Below the pieces are notes generated by a model. It was not told the DNA's origin. It ran no database searches and was given only the letters and a program-made list of their open reading frames with translations. Of a DNA stretch of 64,000 bases, positions 37,378-49,850 are shown one piece after another. Position 1 is the first letter of the stretch. Every line of letters begins with the position of its first letter. Source of the stretch: Glaucostegus cemiculus (Eukaryota); NCBI GenBank assembly GCA_976551045.1, contig CDPCPM010000056.1, forward strand, positions 10,168,001 through 10,232,000. The letters run 5' to 3'. Both the position numbers and the translations under genes were made by a program.

Positions 37378-37575
37378 ATCAACATGCTTAAAGAAAGCAG
37401 ACTGCAATTATTAGCATCAACTGAGGAGAGCTCTGCTACTCGTATATCAAATGAACAGGTACTACAGTTGAAACAGGAGCTAGAAAAAAGCCAGGAAACT
37501 ATCCTACATCTTGAGTCAGAACTCCACACTCAAAGGGAGGTGATAAGTGCTGCTAAAGAAGCTCTCATAATTAAG
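37378..37575 (+). CDS. CCDC18: CCDC18-like exon (198 nt)
   Basis: tcacag|ATC ... AAG|gtaagt; ends EVISAAKEALIIK (CCDC18 EVIEAANEALLTK). Confidence 0.88.
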
Positions 37576-37729
37576 GTAAGTTCTTCTTTTGGCTGAGACA
37601 TTAAACAAAGGTCTAATTTTTAACAACAACATTAATAAATTGCCCACAATACCAAAGATTTGTCAAGGCACTTTGCAAATAGAAGTATGGAAAACAGAAA
37701 CCAAAACAGAAAAAGGAGGAATTCAAAAG

Positions 37730-38152
37730 CAGAATCAGTTTTATTCTCACTTCCATATACACATTCAGCATGCATGGGAGCAAAATACCATATTCCACAG
37801 ATCAAGGTGCGCCGGTCACATTAAAAACAATGACAGACGCAAAGACAGAGAGACATTAACAACATTAGAACCGCAAAAAATTAAGTAGAGACTCGAGTAA
37901 ACATTTAAAGTGCTGGTGCATTTTTGTACGCTTAGCATCCTTTGGTGTTGGCAGGAGAGATGGAGGGATGAGGGAGCTCATGGTTCTGATTGCTTGTGGG
38001 GAAAAAGCTATTGCACAGTCTGGTAGTCCTTGCCCGGATGCACTGGAGCCTTCTTCTGGATGGCAAGAGTGTAAAGAGGTGATAGGAGGGGTGAGAAGGG
38101 TCAGACATTATGGTTGTGGCCTGTCTGACACATCTGTCCATATATAGGTCCG
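37730..38152 (-). mobile_element. Rex1/Babar 3' fragment
   Basis: DPSHPSYHLFTLLPSRRRLQCIRARTTRLCNSFF; 3'UTR related to 59526-59935. Confidence 0.85.
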
Positions 38153-38767
38153 CAATAGAGAAAGCAGTGGGTTTTGGAAAGATGTGAAAAGATAAGGGTG
38201 GAAATGTGGTGCAGTAAAATGATTTAGAGAGGGAATTCCAGAGAGTAGGACACCCACAGCTCAAAAATGTGCTGCCAGTAATGAGACACATGGAAAGCAA
38301 AATATGTAAGAGACCAGAATTGTAGTCCAGAGTGGCATGGAGGTAGATAGGGCTGGTTTGAGACATGTTTTCAAACACAAGGATCTGGCTTCTGTATTTT
38401 CCACAATTATTTCTGTTTGGAAATAGTGTGTTTGAGAATTTACATGTGAATATTTTTTGGCCTGATAATTCAAAGAAACCTCACCCCTTAGATATGAATA
38501 TCAGCTTTCATTTTTATATGCACATTTCTTTAAACATAACAGAAGTATATATACATTTGAAGTTGTGATGTAGTTTTGAACTTTCTAACACTGAATGCAC
38601 TATTCTTTTAGTAAAAATTAATCTTTTAATTGTGTCTAAAGTCATGCAGTTTTTCAGAATTTTCACTATAACTTTTGCATAGAAGAACTGCATCTGAATG
38701 GGAAGCATGGATGAGCAGTTTCATAAAGACATTTCTGTCATGTGGTGTTTTCCACTGCTAATTCTAG

Positions 38768-39334
38768 GAATCTGAGGTAGCAAGGCTGCAAGTCAAAATT
38801 TCTGGATTTGAAAGAGCAAAAGGAAAACAGCAGCTGCCCTCTCCTATGCTACAACCTCAAAATGAAGCTGAGAATAGAAAAGACTCAACAATGCAAACTT
38901 GGAACTTCTACCCTTTTGCCAAAAACATCATTAACACTGAAAGGTCTGTTCATATGTATGGAACTGATATTCGTTCAGCATTAAATTCCCTGAATTGCTC
39001 TAACAGGATTCGAGAAATACTTGAACAGTCTTTCAACCCCACAAACATCAGTTTACAAGATATTAAGGACATTTCCTGTCCAAAGCAACCAGAGGGTGCT
39101 GCTTTACTCACTAGCTCTCCAAAAGCAGAAACTAAAGAGGATTTGGAACCGACTAACCTGGCTAGCAACAGTGACTTGGAAACTTTAAGTGGAATGTTCA
39201 ATCATTTGATTGCCGAGGAGCGAAATAATACTAAACTGGGGTCCCCAGTTGACAAGTCACCTGGATTGTCTAGTGAACAGATTAAATCAAGAGTGGAAGA
39301 ATGCTCAGCAGGAAGGTGCAGAATTTCAAATGAG
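38768..39334 (+). CDS. CCDC18: CCDC18-like long exon (567 nt), end of coiled coil and C-terminal region
   Basis: ttctag|GAA; ESEVARLQVKISGFE (CCDC18 ESELTRLQAKISGHE), in frame with ORF 38846-39409; contains SDLETLSGMFNHL (CCDC18 NDFNTLSGMLRYI); donor GAG|gttagt. Confidence 0.82.
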
Positions 39335-39559
39335 GTTAGTGTTGTATGCTTCTTAAGTAATGTATTTCTATTCCAATTGGTTTCATTACAACTTGTAAGC
39401 ATAGAATAATGCTTTAAGTGATGAGATTTAAATCAGTGAAGTCAGCATTGTGTGTGTTAGTATCACTGCATAATCAGTACAGTATACTGCTGTATTACTA
39501 AATACTTGCAAATTGTTTTATGCATTTAACTCGCACAGAATCACATATTTTTTTGTGTT

Positions 39560-41250
39560 GTGTCTGTACCAGCCCTTTGAAAGACTAATACAATTATTCC
39601 ACAGTTTAATCATTATGGACTTTAAAACTGCTCATTTTTAAGTAAATACAGTTACATTTTGAATGTCTAGATTGAATCTGCCTCACCATCTTTTTAAGTA
39701 GTCCATTCCAGATCCTGTTTGTGCATTCAAAGGCAAAATATATTTTTTTCAGTTATCTTAAATCTCTTATTTCTGGTTACAAATATTCATGATAGAACAA
39801 GCAGTTTCTCCACCTGTGAGTCTATCCCAACTTTGTTGGTCTTGCCACATGAACTGAATTCCCACATCCGCTGTACCATTCTAGTAAATCTCTGAGCACA
39901 ATATTTATAGATCCCAGATCCTGAATATTTTTTTTCACCACTTTGTTGCCTGCTCTTTCCAATAAACCATGCACCTTTGCCTCAGATCTCACTGTATTTG
40001 TACCCCATTTGGAATTGTGTCCCCTAGTTTATATAGCTTCTATTCATTCTTTCTGTAAAAATGTAATGCATCACATTTCTTAGCATTAAATTCTACCACC
40101 CATTCCACCACCCTATCTATCTCCTAGAATTCTTATTACTAACTTCCTCACAGCTCACCTTGCCTCCAAGTTTTGCATCATTTGGAACTTATAGCCACTG
40201 CATCCAAGTATAACTCATTAATATAAAGAAAACAGTGACTCTGAGACTCTACTGCATACTTCCCTCTAAACTAGACATAACCTCTTCCTGCTAATCTGTT
40301 TTCTTCCGTGTTGATGCATACTCTTTCATTCCATGACTTTCAGTCTTGATGACAATACTACTATGAGGCACATTATCAAACACCATTTGGATGTCTATAT
40401 ATACCACATTTCACTCATTGGCTCTGTTATTTCATTAGAAAAACCCAATTGCAGAGCCATGCTAGATTTTCCTAATCAATCCATATTTGTCCAAGTGACT
40501 GCTAATCCTGTCCCTGATTCTTGTTTTGAGAATTTACTCCGCCACTGGGGTTAAACTGACTGCTCTGCAGTTACCGAATTTTTCCATACATCCTTTTATG
40601 ATCAGGGGTATAAATTTCCTGTCCTTGGGTACCACTCAATCTATAGATGCTTGGAAGGTTATTGTCCTCTACAATTTCCTCCTTGACTTTCCTCAACAAT
40701 CTAAGGTGCATCCCATCTGGACATTGATGTGATTTATCCATTTCATGCGCAGCCAGTCATTCCAATACCACCTCTATCAATTTTTAGCCTATTAAGAATC
40801 TCAATTACATCATCATTTGCTGAGACTCCAAAAGCAATTTCTTCCTCAGTGAAAGCTAATGTAAAATACTCATCTAGTGCCACAGCAGTGCCCTCTTACT
40901 CCGTGAGTAGATTCCTTTTTTGATCTCTGATTCCTCTCTTCATCTTCTAAGCTTTATCCTGTTCACATGTCCATGGAGTAATTTTGAATTCCTATTTATA
41001 TTTTGCTGCCAGTCTTTTCACATGCTGTCACTTTGCCTCTCTCATTTTCACTTTTAATTTATTTTACATTCTTCCTCTAAACTTTATATAAACAACATAT
41101 TCTATTAACAACCTGACATCTTTCATATGCCCTTTTCTCTGCTAATTTTACTCTCTATCATGTCGATCTTACAGAAAGCTCTGGTTTAATATCTCTACCC
41201 CTCCGCCTCAAGGGAATATACCCAGAATGTAGCTCACCAACCTGGTGTAA
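39560..41250 (-). mobile_element. Highly degraded CR1 ORF2
   Basis: Remnants of CR1 RT motifs (ccactggggttaaactgactg = RPVSLT-like; gcatcccatctgga = PDGMHP-like). Confidence 0.55.
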
Positions 41251-41479
41251 TGCATTTTATCCTCGATCTTACTGGAATGGAAGGATATGGATCTTGTGCA
41301 GACTGATAGGTTTTGTTTAATTTGGCATCATGGTCGACACAGACATTGTGGGTGGAAGGGCCTGTTCCTGCACTAAACTGGTCTATGTTCTTACTGTCTT
41401 GACTCAGTCCTTTCTTAAAACTTCACTTTTTTTTTCTCTCCCAATCCTTTTTCTCCTTTTGATTGCTATCTTTCTGTGC

Positions 41480-42260
41480 ATAATCACCTGCTAAATTAGT
41501 TTAGTTCCATACACGTCCAACACCAGTGAATTTGCCTGTGAAGATGGTGGTTCTAGGTCTATGGAGGTGCAATCCATCCAACCTCTACAAATCCCAACTC
41601 CCCCAGAATTTTGTCAATGCCCCAGGGATCTAAAGCCCTCACACCTGCACCATTACTCCAGCCTCATATTTCCACGTCCTCTCTTCCTGTTTCAGTGTAT
41701 ATTGACTCATGCCACAGTGAGTAATCTGGAGATTTCTGCATTTGAGATCTCAGTCCTTTCTCCTTAAAGTCTTCCTCCAGGGCCTCATCCCCTTTTCTTT
41801 TTATAGATGGGTGTGGACTACAACCTCTGGCTGTTTGCTGTCCCTCTGCAAGATTTTTTGCAGCCACTCAATGATACCCTTAACCCAGGCATCAGAAGAT
41901 ACCATCACTTCTTCAACTACAGAAATGCCTGTCTGTTCCCTGAAATGATTAATAATTAGGGGGATAGATACCTACAGGCTAGATCATTTTTGTCTGTTTG
42001 ACAACCATCCATTCCCTATGCCTGCATTCTCTTGAGCTGCAGGGTATCACTTCCTGAAATGTCCCGTCTGCAAAGTGCTCAGTCTCGTGGATGGACTGTG
42101 GTGATATCAGGTGTTGCTCAACTCCAAACCTACAAGTGGAGCTTCTCCAAGTGACAACGCTTCCTGTACCTACAGTTATCCAGGAGATGGAAGCGTTCTG
42201 GAGTTACTCTATGCACAGGTGTGCATTTGGCAGACCTGAGGTGACTCTCTGTATTAGATT
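41480..42260 (-). mobile_element. Degraded CR1 ORF1 (esterase) fragment
   Basis: Parallels ORF1 at 10167-11129 (agtaatctggagatttctgc, gggatctaaagccctc). Confidence 0.6.
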
Positions 42261-42439
42261 AATTCAACCAACAGAGAATAAAATATTATTACTGTAAATA
42301 TTATTAAAAAACTATTGCTATTAGATTACTTACTGTTTTACTTAACTCAGTGGAACTATGGCTGTTTATTTTAAAACAAATGCTTGTTTAAACTCACAGG
42401 GATTCCGTTTCCTCCTTTCATTTTTAAGTTCACTGGGCT

Positions 42440-45372
42440 TTGATTCTCTTTAGATTCATGGGGCATTGGAACCAGTTCTGGGGGAGGTGGGCCCAGTGCA
42501 AACTGGACAGTCTACACCTGAACAGGGCTAGGATCAATGTCATAGGGGGATTGTTTGCTTCTGGGGAGGGTTTAAACTAATGTGGCAGATATGAGAGCAA
42601 AAGGTGGAGAAAAGTAAGAGTGGAGTACAGAAAAGTCCAATGGAAAGGACACAAAGGTTACGAGATTCTAAAAATCAATGAGTGTAAGGGCACTTTATCT
42701 GAATGCCTGTAGTATTCAAAATAAGGTCAGTGAACTAGTGGCTCAAATCAGTATGAAGGGGTATGCTTTAGTGGCCATTACAGAAACTTGGTTGCAGGGT
42801 GGAGATGAGTGGGATTTAAATTTCCAAGGATATCAGGTAATACGGAAGGTTTGGCAGGGAGGTGAGGGAGGTGGGGTAGCACTCTTAATTAAGAAAGAGA
42901 TCATGGCAATGGTGAGAGATGATATAAGATCTAGAAGGCAAAATGTTGAGTCCACCTGGGTATATAGAACATAGAACATTATAGGCCATTCGTCCCACAA
43001 TGTTGTGCTGACAGTTTATCCTGCTCTAACATCTATCCAACCCTTCCCTCCCACATAGCCCTCCATTTCTCTATCATCCATGTGTGTATCTAAGAGTCTC
43101 TTAAATGTCCCTAATATATCTGCCCCCACAACTTCTGCAGGCAATGCATGCCACGCATCGACCACTCTCTGTGTAAAAAAAATTATCCCTGACATCCCCC
43201 TTGTACCTTCCTCCAGTCACCTTAAAACTATGCCCCCTCGTGTTAGTCATTTTCGCCCTGGGAAAAAGTCTCTGACTGCCCACTCAATCTATGCCTCTTA
43301 TTATCTTGTACACCTCTATCAATTCACCTTTCATCCTCCTTTCCAAAGAGAAAAGCCTTAGCTCACTCAGCCTATCCTCATAAGACATGCTCATCAATCC
43401 AGGCAGCATCCTGGTAAATCTCCTCTGCACCCTCTCTAAAGCTTCCACATCCTTCCTATAATGAAGCGACAAGAACTGAACACAATACTCCAAGTGTGGT
43501 CTAACCAGAGTTCTATAGAGCTGCAACATTACCTAGTGGTTTGTGAACTCAGTACCCCGACTAATGAAGGCCAACACACCATATGCCTTCTTAACAACCC
43601 TATTAACCTGCACGGCAACCTGGAGGAACCTATGGATGTGGACCCCAACATCCCTCTGTTCCTCCACACTGCTAAGAGTCCTACCATTAACCTTGTATTA
43701 GGGTAGAGATTAGGAATAATGAAGGGAAAAAAATCACTGGTGAGAGTTGTGAATTGTCTATAGGCCACTAAATAATAACATTACAGTGGCACAGGCAATA
43801 AACCAAGAAATATTTGATGCATGTAAGAATGGAACAGCAGTTGTCATGGGTGACTTCAGCATAGATTGGGTGAATCAAGTTAGTTGAGGTAGTCTTGAGG
43901 AGGAATTCATAGAATGCATCCGTGATAGCTTTCTTGAGCAGCATGTTAGTGAACCTACAAGGGAAAATGCTAGCTTAGATCTGGTCCTGTGCAACGAGAC
44001 AGGTAAAATTAATGATCTTGTAGTTAGGGATCCTCTTGGAAAGAGTGATCATAGTATGACTGAATTTCTCATACAAATGGAGGGTGCAATCATTCTATCT
44101 AAAACCAGTGTATTATGCCTGAAATACGGGAGACAACGGGATGAGAGAGAAGTTAGCTAGCATAGACTGGAAACAGGCTATATAGTGGGACAGTTGAGAA
44201 ACAGTGGAAGACTTTCACAGAGATTTTTCGCAGTGCTCAACAAAAGTATATTCCAGTTAAAAGCAAGGACAGTAAGGGTGGGGAGAGCCAGCCTTGGATA
44301 ACCAAGGAAATAAAAGAAGGCATCAAGCTAAAAGCTCATGCATACAAAGCCGCCAAGAGTAGTGGGAAACTGGAAGACTGGGAAACTTCAACAAGCAACA
44401 AAGAACCACTAAGCAAACAATAAGGAAAGGGAAGATAGATTATGAAAGTAAACTAGCACAAAATATAAAAACAGATAGTAAAGGTTTCTATAATTACATA
44501 TGTAAAGTGGAAAAGGGTAGTTAAAGTGAATGTAGGTCCCTTGGAAGCTGAGAAGGGGGAATTAATATTGAGTAATGTGGAAATGGCCAAGGCCTTGAAC
44601 GATTATTTTGTGTCAGTCTTCATAGTGGAGGATATGTGTAATGTGCCAAAGGGAGATGTTATATATGCAATGGGAGGTGAAGTCCTCGATACAATCACTT
44701 TCACTAAAGAAGTAGTGATGAGCAAGCTAGTGGGCCCAAGGTAAACAAGCCCCCTGGCCCTGATGGGATGCATCCCAGTGTACTGAAAGAAATGGCAGAG
44801 GTTGTAGTAGAGGCATCTGTGATAATTTTCCAAAATTCTCTGGACTTCTGGCAAGTCCCACCAGATTGGAAGACAGCATGTGTCATGCCACTGCTTAAAA
44901 AAGGATGTAGGCAATAGGCAAGTAACTATAGGCCAGTTAGCTTAACATCTGTAGTCAGGAAAATGCTTGAAGCTGTCATTAAGGAAGAAGTAGCGAGACA
45001 TCTGGATAGAAGTGGTTCCATCAGGGAGACACAGCATGGATTCAGGAAGGACAGGTCCTGTTTGCCAAACTTACTGGAGTTCTTTGAGGATATAATGAGT
45101 GCAGTGGATAGAGGGGAATTGGTGAATGTTGTATACTTGGATTTCCAGAAGGTATTCTATAAGGTTCCACATAAATGATTTATCCATACAATAAGGATGC
45201 ATGGATTTGGAAGTATTGTATTAGCATGGATGGAGGATTGGTTAACCAATAGAAGGTTGGGAGTTGGGATAAATGGGTGTGTCTCCGGTTGGCAATCAGT
45301 GGTGAGCGGGGTGCCACAGGAGTCGGTGTTAGGCCCACAGCTGTTCACAAAATATATTAACGATTTGGAATA
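42440..45372 (+). mobile_element. CR1 LINE (ORF1 3' end, ORF2 endonuclease to mid-RT), 3'-truncated, with nested insertion
   Basis: GEGLN* ORF1 end; LYLNACSIQNK, ITETW, YLDFQK, SGVPQESVLGP; stops at YINDLE. Confidence 0.9.
42963..43700 (-). mobile_element. CR1/HER1 3' fragment nested in the + strand CR1, flanked by a GGGTA duplication
   Basis: LYRTLVRPHLEYCVQF, tail atagaacatagaac; GGGTA at 42958-42962 and 43701-43705. Confidence 0.9.
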
Positions 45373-45679
45373 GGGGCAAGATTAAGTCGCTTGATGTAAT
45401 GGATATCTGCTGGATCATCTCCTCAAACTACAAATTATTTTTATAACCATTTAGATTTAAAGAAACACTAGGAAATAATTTCAACAAAAATTATTCTGTC
45501 AGCAGAATGTCGTGTCACTTGCAAGAGTTCATGACCATGTTATTGAGGTGCCAAAGTCAGTTTTAATTCATTTGCTGTGTATTTCTGAATTTTATTTGCA
45601 TCAGTATCCTTGCACTGTTTTCTTGCTACTGAACCTACTTTTACTATTTTTAAGTAAGGTTTTGATTTTTTCCTGACAG

Positions 45680-45786
45680 GACAGTGCCTGCTGTAGCCTG
45701 AATGATTCTGACTTAAATATCCCAAGTCATTCTTCCCTGCCATTGAAATATGCTGGAAAATGTCATTTACTTCAACTTCATCAGTG
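45680..45786 (+). CDS. Probable penultimate coding exon of the CCDC18-like gene
   Basis: Pyrimidine tract ttttttcctgacag|GAC, open frame DSACCSLNDSDLNIPSHSSLPLKYAGKCHLLQLHQ, donor TG|gtaggt; phase fits 39334 and 47116; no homology support. Confidence 0.5.
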
Positions 45787-47115
45787 GTAGGTATTAATAA
45801 CATGGAAAATATGCATGTTTCTCCAGCTTGGAAGTTTCAAATATGATTGTAAATTGTTTTGTAACAATTCTTTGTGAGAAGGGTGCTTGAGATACTCTTC
45901 CTAGCTTTGTGATTAGATAGGCTCCCCCCTTGCTCCTTCATCTCACTGCACTGAGGAAATAGCAATTAACCCTGCTTTTGTTATCCACAACTGTGCTCTT
46001 CTACACAAGAACATGAAGAAGCCAGTCACCCATTTCTTGAAAGTGTCTTTAATATTATTTTCTTGGATATCAACTCCAGCTATGAGAGGGATCAAAGAAC
46101 GTATTTGTACCTCATTCCTTTTATATCCAGCAGACATATCATGGGTATCACACTGATACATTTGAGATACCAATGTAAAATTCTCCATTGTTGTCTCCTG
46201 TCCCGCTGAAGTAAAGCCCCACAGAGCTAAAGGCATTTGAGGTCACAACACTTAAATAATGAAATGCAGTTATAGTTTAATTTCCAGAAAGGGAGATGAA
46301 AGGCTCAAAGTTACCATCCTCAAAAGAGATGGAAAAAAATTGTTTAACTTGTAATGTTCGTTGATACATCCTTGTACCAGTTACCCAATGATATAACCCT
46401 TTCAAACCTATCTCTTTCTACCTTCTAAAAGCCACCTTAAAGTTTTTAGATCAGCCATGATCTGATTGAATATTGGAACATATTTGAGGTGCTGAATGGC
46501 CAAGGCTTTTCCTGGTCTTAACTATAGCTTGAGTTATCTTCCCTACCTCCTTTTAACTTTTGCTTGTTGTCTGTTTCCTCCTGCACTGTTTCATAGGATG
46601 TTCTGATATGCTAAATGCGTGAGATATTTTAGAACAAGTATTTTAATTGAAATAAGCCAGAGATATTTTCTGTGTTCTATATGTTGCTAGATATGGAATG
46701 GACAAAATGCACCATGGCTAAATGAAGAATAGGGCAGGTCGAAAATTACCAAATATTCAGGGGTTCTCTTATATTAAATGTTGTATTCAACATAACATGA
46801 AGCACTATTTTATGGATGTATTAAAGGAGTAGAAAGATAAAAAGTAATTACACATTTTATATACCTAATGCAAAGTGATACAAGGTGTACTTAATTGTCA
46901 AACGTGAACTCTATTCCCCTCAAATTACAAGTAGGATCAAGATTTTATTAACTTTGGGGAAAACTATACTGTCTTGTACCCCAATTTCTCTTTGATTTAA
47001 AATGGCTAGTTTAATAATGAATTGTCCAAACTTCAAAGGCTGAACAACGTTTTAAGTAATGTATTTTACAGATTTTTGGAATGCAACTTTCTGGTTTATT
47101 TTCAATATGTTGCAG

Positions 47116-47164
47116 TATGAATGATCTTTCTGAAGGATCTGAACAAGATGAGTCACAAAATTGA
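47116..47164 (+). CDS. Probable last coding exon (coding part) of the CCDC18-like gene
   Basis: tgttgcag|T ATG AAT ... AAT TGA gives (C)MNDLSEGSEQDESQN*; followed by AT-rich UTR-like sequence with three AATAAA. Confidence 0.45.
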
Positions 47165-47294
47165 ATCAACCACAAGATGAAGATATAGCAGGAACTTGTT
47201 GAACACTGGTTTCTAACTAAGTGGCACTAACATGCAATATACAGCAGTGATGGAAATGCATTGACACTGTCTTTATGCCAAACAGAGCTTTGGC

Positions 47295-47470
47295 AATAAA
47301 ACTTTTCTAATTTTATAGTGCCATGCAGGTGTATGTGGGTGTTGAAAAGTAACTTTTTTATGTTGGTGAGCATTTGTTTTTAGAGAAATAAAACAGATGT
47401 ATTTCATTGAAATGTTAATTTTATTCTGTATAAAATAAACTCTCTATTGCTGTATGTGTTTCCATCTTTT
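47295..47470 (+). promoter_or_regulatory. Polyadenylation signal cluster
   Basis: AATAAA at 47295, 47387 and 47434; the last is followed by a GT/T-rich tract (tgctgtatgtgtttccatcttttt). Confidence 0.5.
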
Positions 47471-48769
47471 TGACATGCACATATTCAAATTTAGTCTAGA
47501 TTGTATTCTTAATGAGTGTATGAAATACAGCTACATTTAAGGGGATAATTCACATAGCAGTAAATTCACACATCTCTAAAGAAACAGCACCTTGCTTTTA
47601 ACTGATTGAAGATTAATGTAATTTTGTATTTGTGTATCATGAATAGTGCATGACATAAGCTCTTAAAAGCTGTCTAGGATAGGTACCACAATAGAATTAT
47701 GCCCTTTGAGGAAGTAAAGGATTGATATGGTTCAATAGATATAATCTGGAGATAGGCTGATGCCTATATTTGAGAAGTTATGATGGCATGTCAAAAGCAG
47801 CTTGAGAAATGGAACAGGGAGAATCTCGTGAGTAAGCTTATCAATGCATGAAGACTTCTCAATTTCAGGTGATTAATCAGGGGCACCTTTGGAGGTGAAA
47901 AATTACAGGAACTGTGGGCATACTCACTGCAGTCAACCTTCCCAAACTGTAGGTCACTGCTACAAATGGGGTCTCATCATCAGCTGACAGAGCTGCGCGG
48001 TCTACAGGTTGCATTTGGCTCATTATGTTGCTTCAAACTTTGGACATCTCCCCTCCCCTTCCCCCAATACTCTCACTGTCAGATCCTTACAACACCTGGT
48101 GTAGAGTTGCCCCTCCCTACTCATGCTGTCTCAATAATCTGTGTAATCTTGAAGTGTGGAAGTGAAGGTCTATCTACTTACTTTGCTGATGTCCAGTGTC
48201 TGCAGGTAATTGTATTCTTCCAGGAGTTATTGCTGCCTTGTGATCTGCTGGGCAGAAGGTGCACCAAGAGAAGGGAGGGAAGGAAAGCAGTTAACAAAAA
48301 AAGCCTGTGTGCTGTACTGGGTAGCAGATGTGTAGCAGGGCAAAGGGGTAGAGGAAGGAGAGCAAGTGGGAAAGGAAGTGAAAGCATATACATTCACTCT
48401 GCTGTGCAACAAGTGCCCTTGTGCAGTTAGCATGTGAGAGAGGAGGAAAGGAAACAAAGGAAAAGAGTGCACCCTTGTTGAGATGAACAATGGCATCCTT
48501 CGTACTCTGATAGGAGCTAGCACCTGTGATGGCTGTGGGAAGAAGGGAGAGAGAGCATGAGAGAGACTGGGGAAAAGTAATGGAGTTGCAACCACCTCTT
48601 GTCCATTGGTCGGGAGCTTATGTCTTCTGATAAGATGCCAGAGATTGTGATGTGCAGGCCTGTGGGAGTGCCTTTGCATACAAGTTGTGGAGTAGTCAAA
48701 ATTTGAATATTACTGCAAATGCCCTCAAGTGATTGCATTCTTAGTTAGAATTCCATTCTGGAGATTTCA

Positions 48770-49000
48770 GCAAAGAAATCTAAGTTGAAACTCCATGCAG
48801 TTGTGAAGGAATGACGCATTGTTAACGGTGTCATCTTAAAACAGATGTCGTCTCTTCCCTCAGCCCTAATACTTTGAAGAATATTCTGTGGTTCTTCTGC
48901 TGTCCTAGCTAATGTTTATATATTCAAACAGAACTATAACTAATTACCTGGACATCAATGCTTTCCTATTTGAGGAATCTTATTTTGCACCAGTTATTAA
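48770..49000 (+). mobile_element. Degenerate DeuSINE-like element (SacSINE1/AmnSINE1-type Deu domain)
   Basis: aaatctaagttgaaactccatgcag...tgtcctagctaatgtttat...attacctggacat resembles the recalled Deu-domain; similar 3' remnant at about 18240-18460. Confidence 0.45.
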
Positions 49001-49714
49001 GTTGCTTGATTGTTGTTTAGCTTTGGCTGACTTCTGGAATCATATGATATCTCAAGTATTAAAATGGGGTTGAAATGAAAAATAGTTTGGGAACCTCTGG
49101 TTCATATTGTATATTTTAGCTGTGATGTAAGACCAGCATGTTGCATGTGTGTGTTATACTATTTGCAACCAGTGTAAGGTACAAGGAGAGCAAAATGAAT
49201 ATTTCCAGATTTTGTTTCACTACATTAAGGATGATTGACAGATGCTTAAAATTCTCAATTTTTAAATATCATTCTGAGTACATCCAGGGAATATTTTCTT
49301 AGAAGAACAAGATTGAACAGTAACCGCTTTATGATCTGTTGCATTCTGCTGAGCTGAGATTCTAAACATTGGTGAGCTAACTGAATTGGGATTTATTCAG
49401 GGAAGTATGGACCCACTTTCATCAACACTGAGAAGCAAGACAATGCAGGTGTTGGAAATCTGAAATAAAAACAGACCTTTTTGGTAAAAGGTTATCAACC
49501 TGCGACATTAATTCTGCTTTCGTGTCCATAGATGCAACTAGATCTGACAATTCTTTCCAGCATTTTTTTCTTCTTATATAAGAGAACTGAGGTTCAACAG
49601 ACTTCTAATAGGCTTCAAAAAATTAAACTCTAAGCATTATTGGTTCTTTAGGTCCACACCTAAATTCAAGCATAACAATGCATCATTATTTTCCAGTGCT
49701 GAAGGTAATGAGTG

Positions 49715-49850
49715 ATGGATGAGGGAATCAAGGGATATGGGGACAAAGCAGGAACAGGATATTGATTGTTGATGATCAGCCAATATCTCAAAATGGTGCT
49801 GCAGACTCGAAGGGCCGAATGGTCTTCTGCACCTATTGTCTATTGAGTAT
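49715..49850 (+). mobile_element. CR1 3' tail
   Basis: GIKGYGDKAG; gcagactcgaagggccgaatgg...tctgcacc stem-loop like 7025-7063. Confidence 0.75.

Noticed and set aside
38846-39409. 187-aa ORF as a stand-alone gene
   Set aside because: In frame with the upstream acceptor at 38768; part of a CCDC18-like exon.
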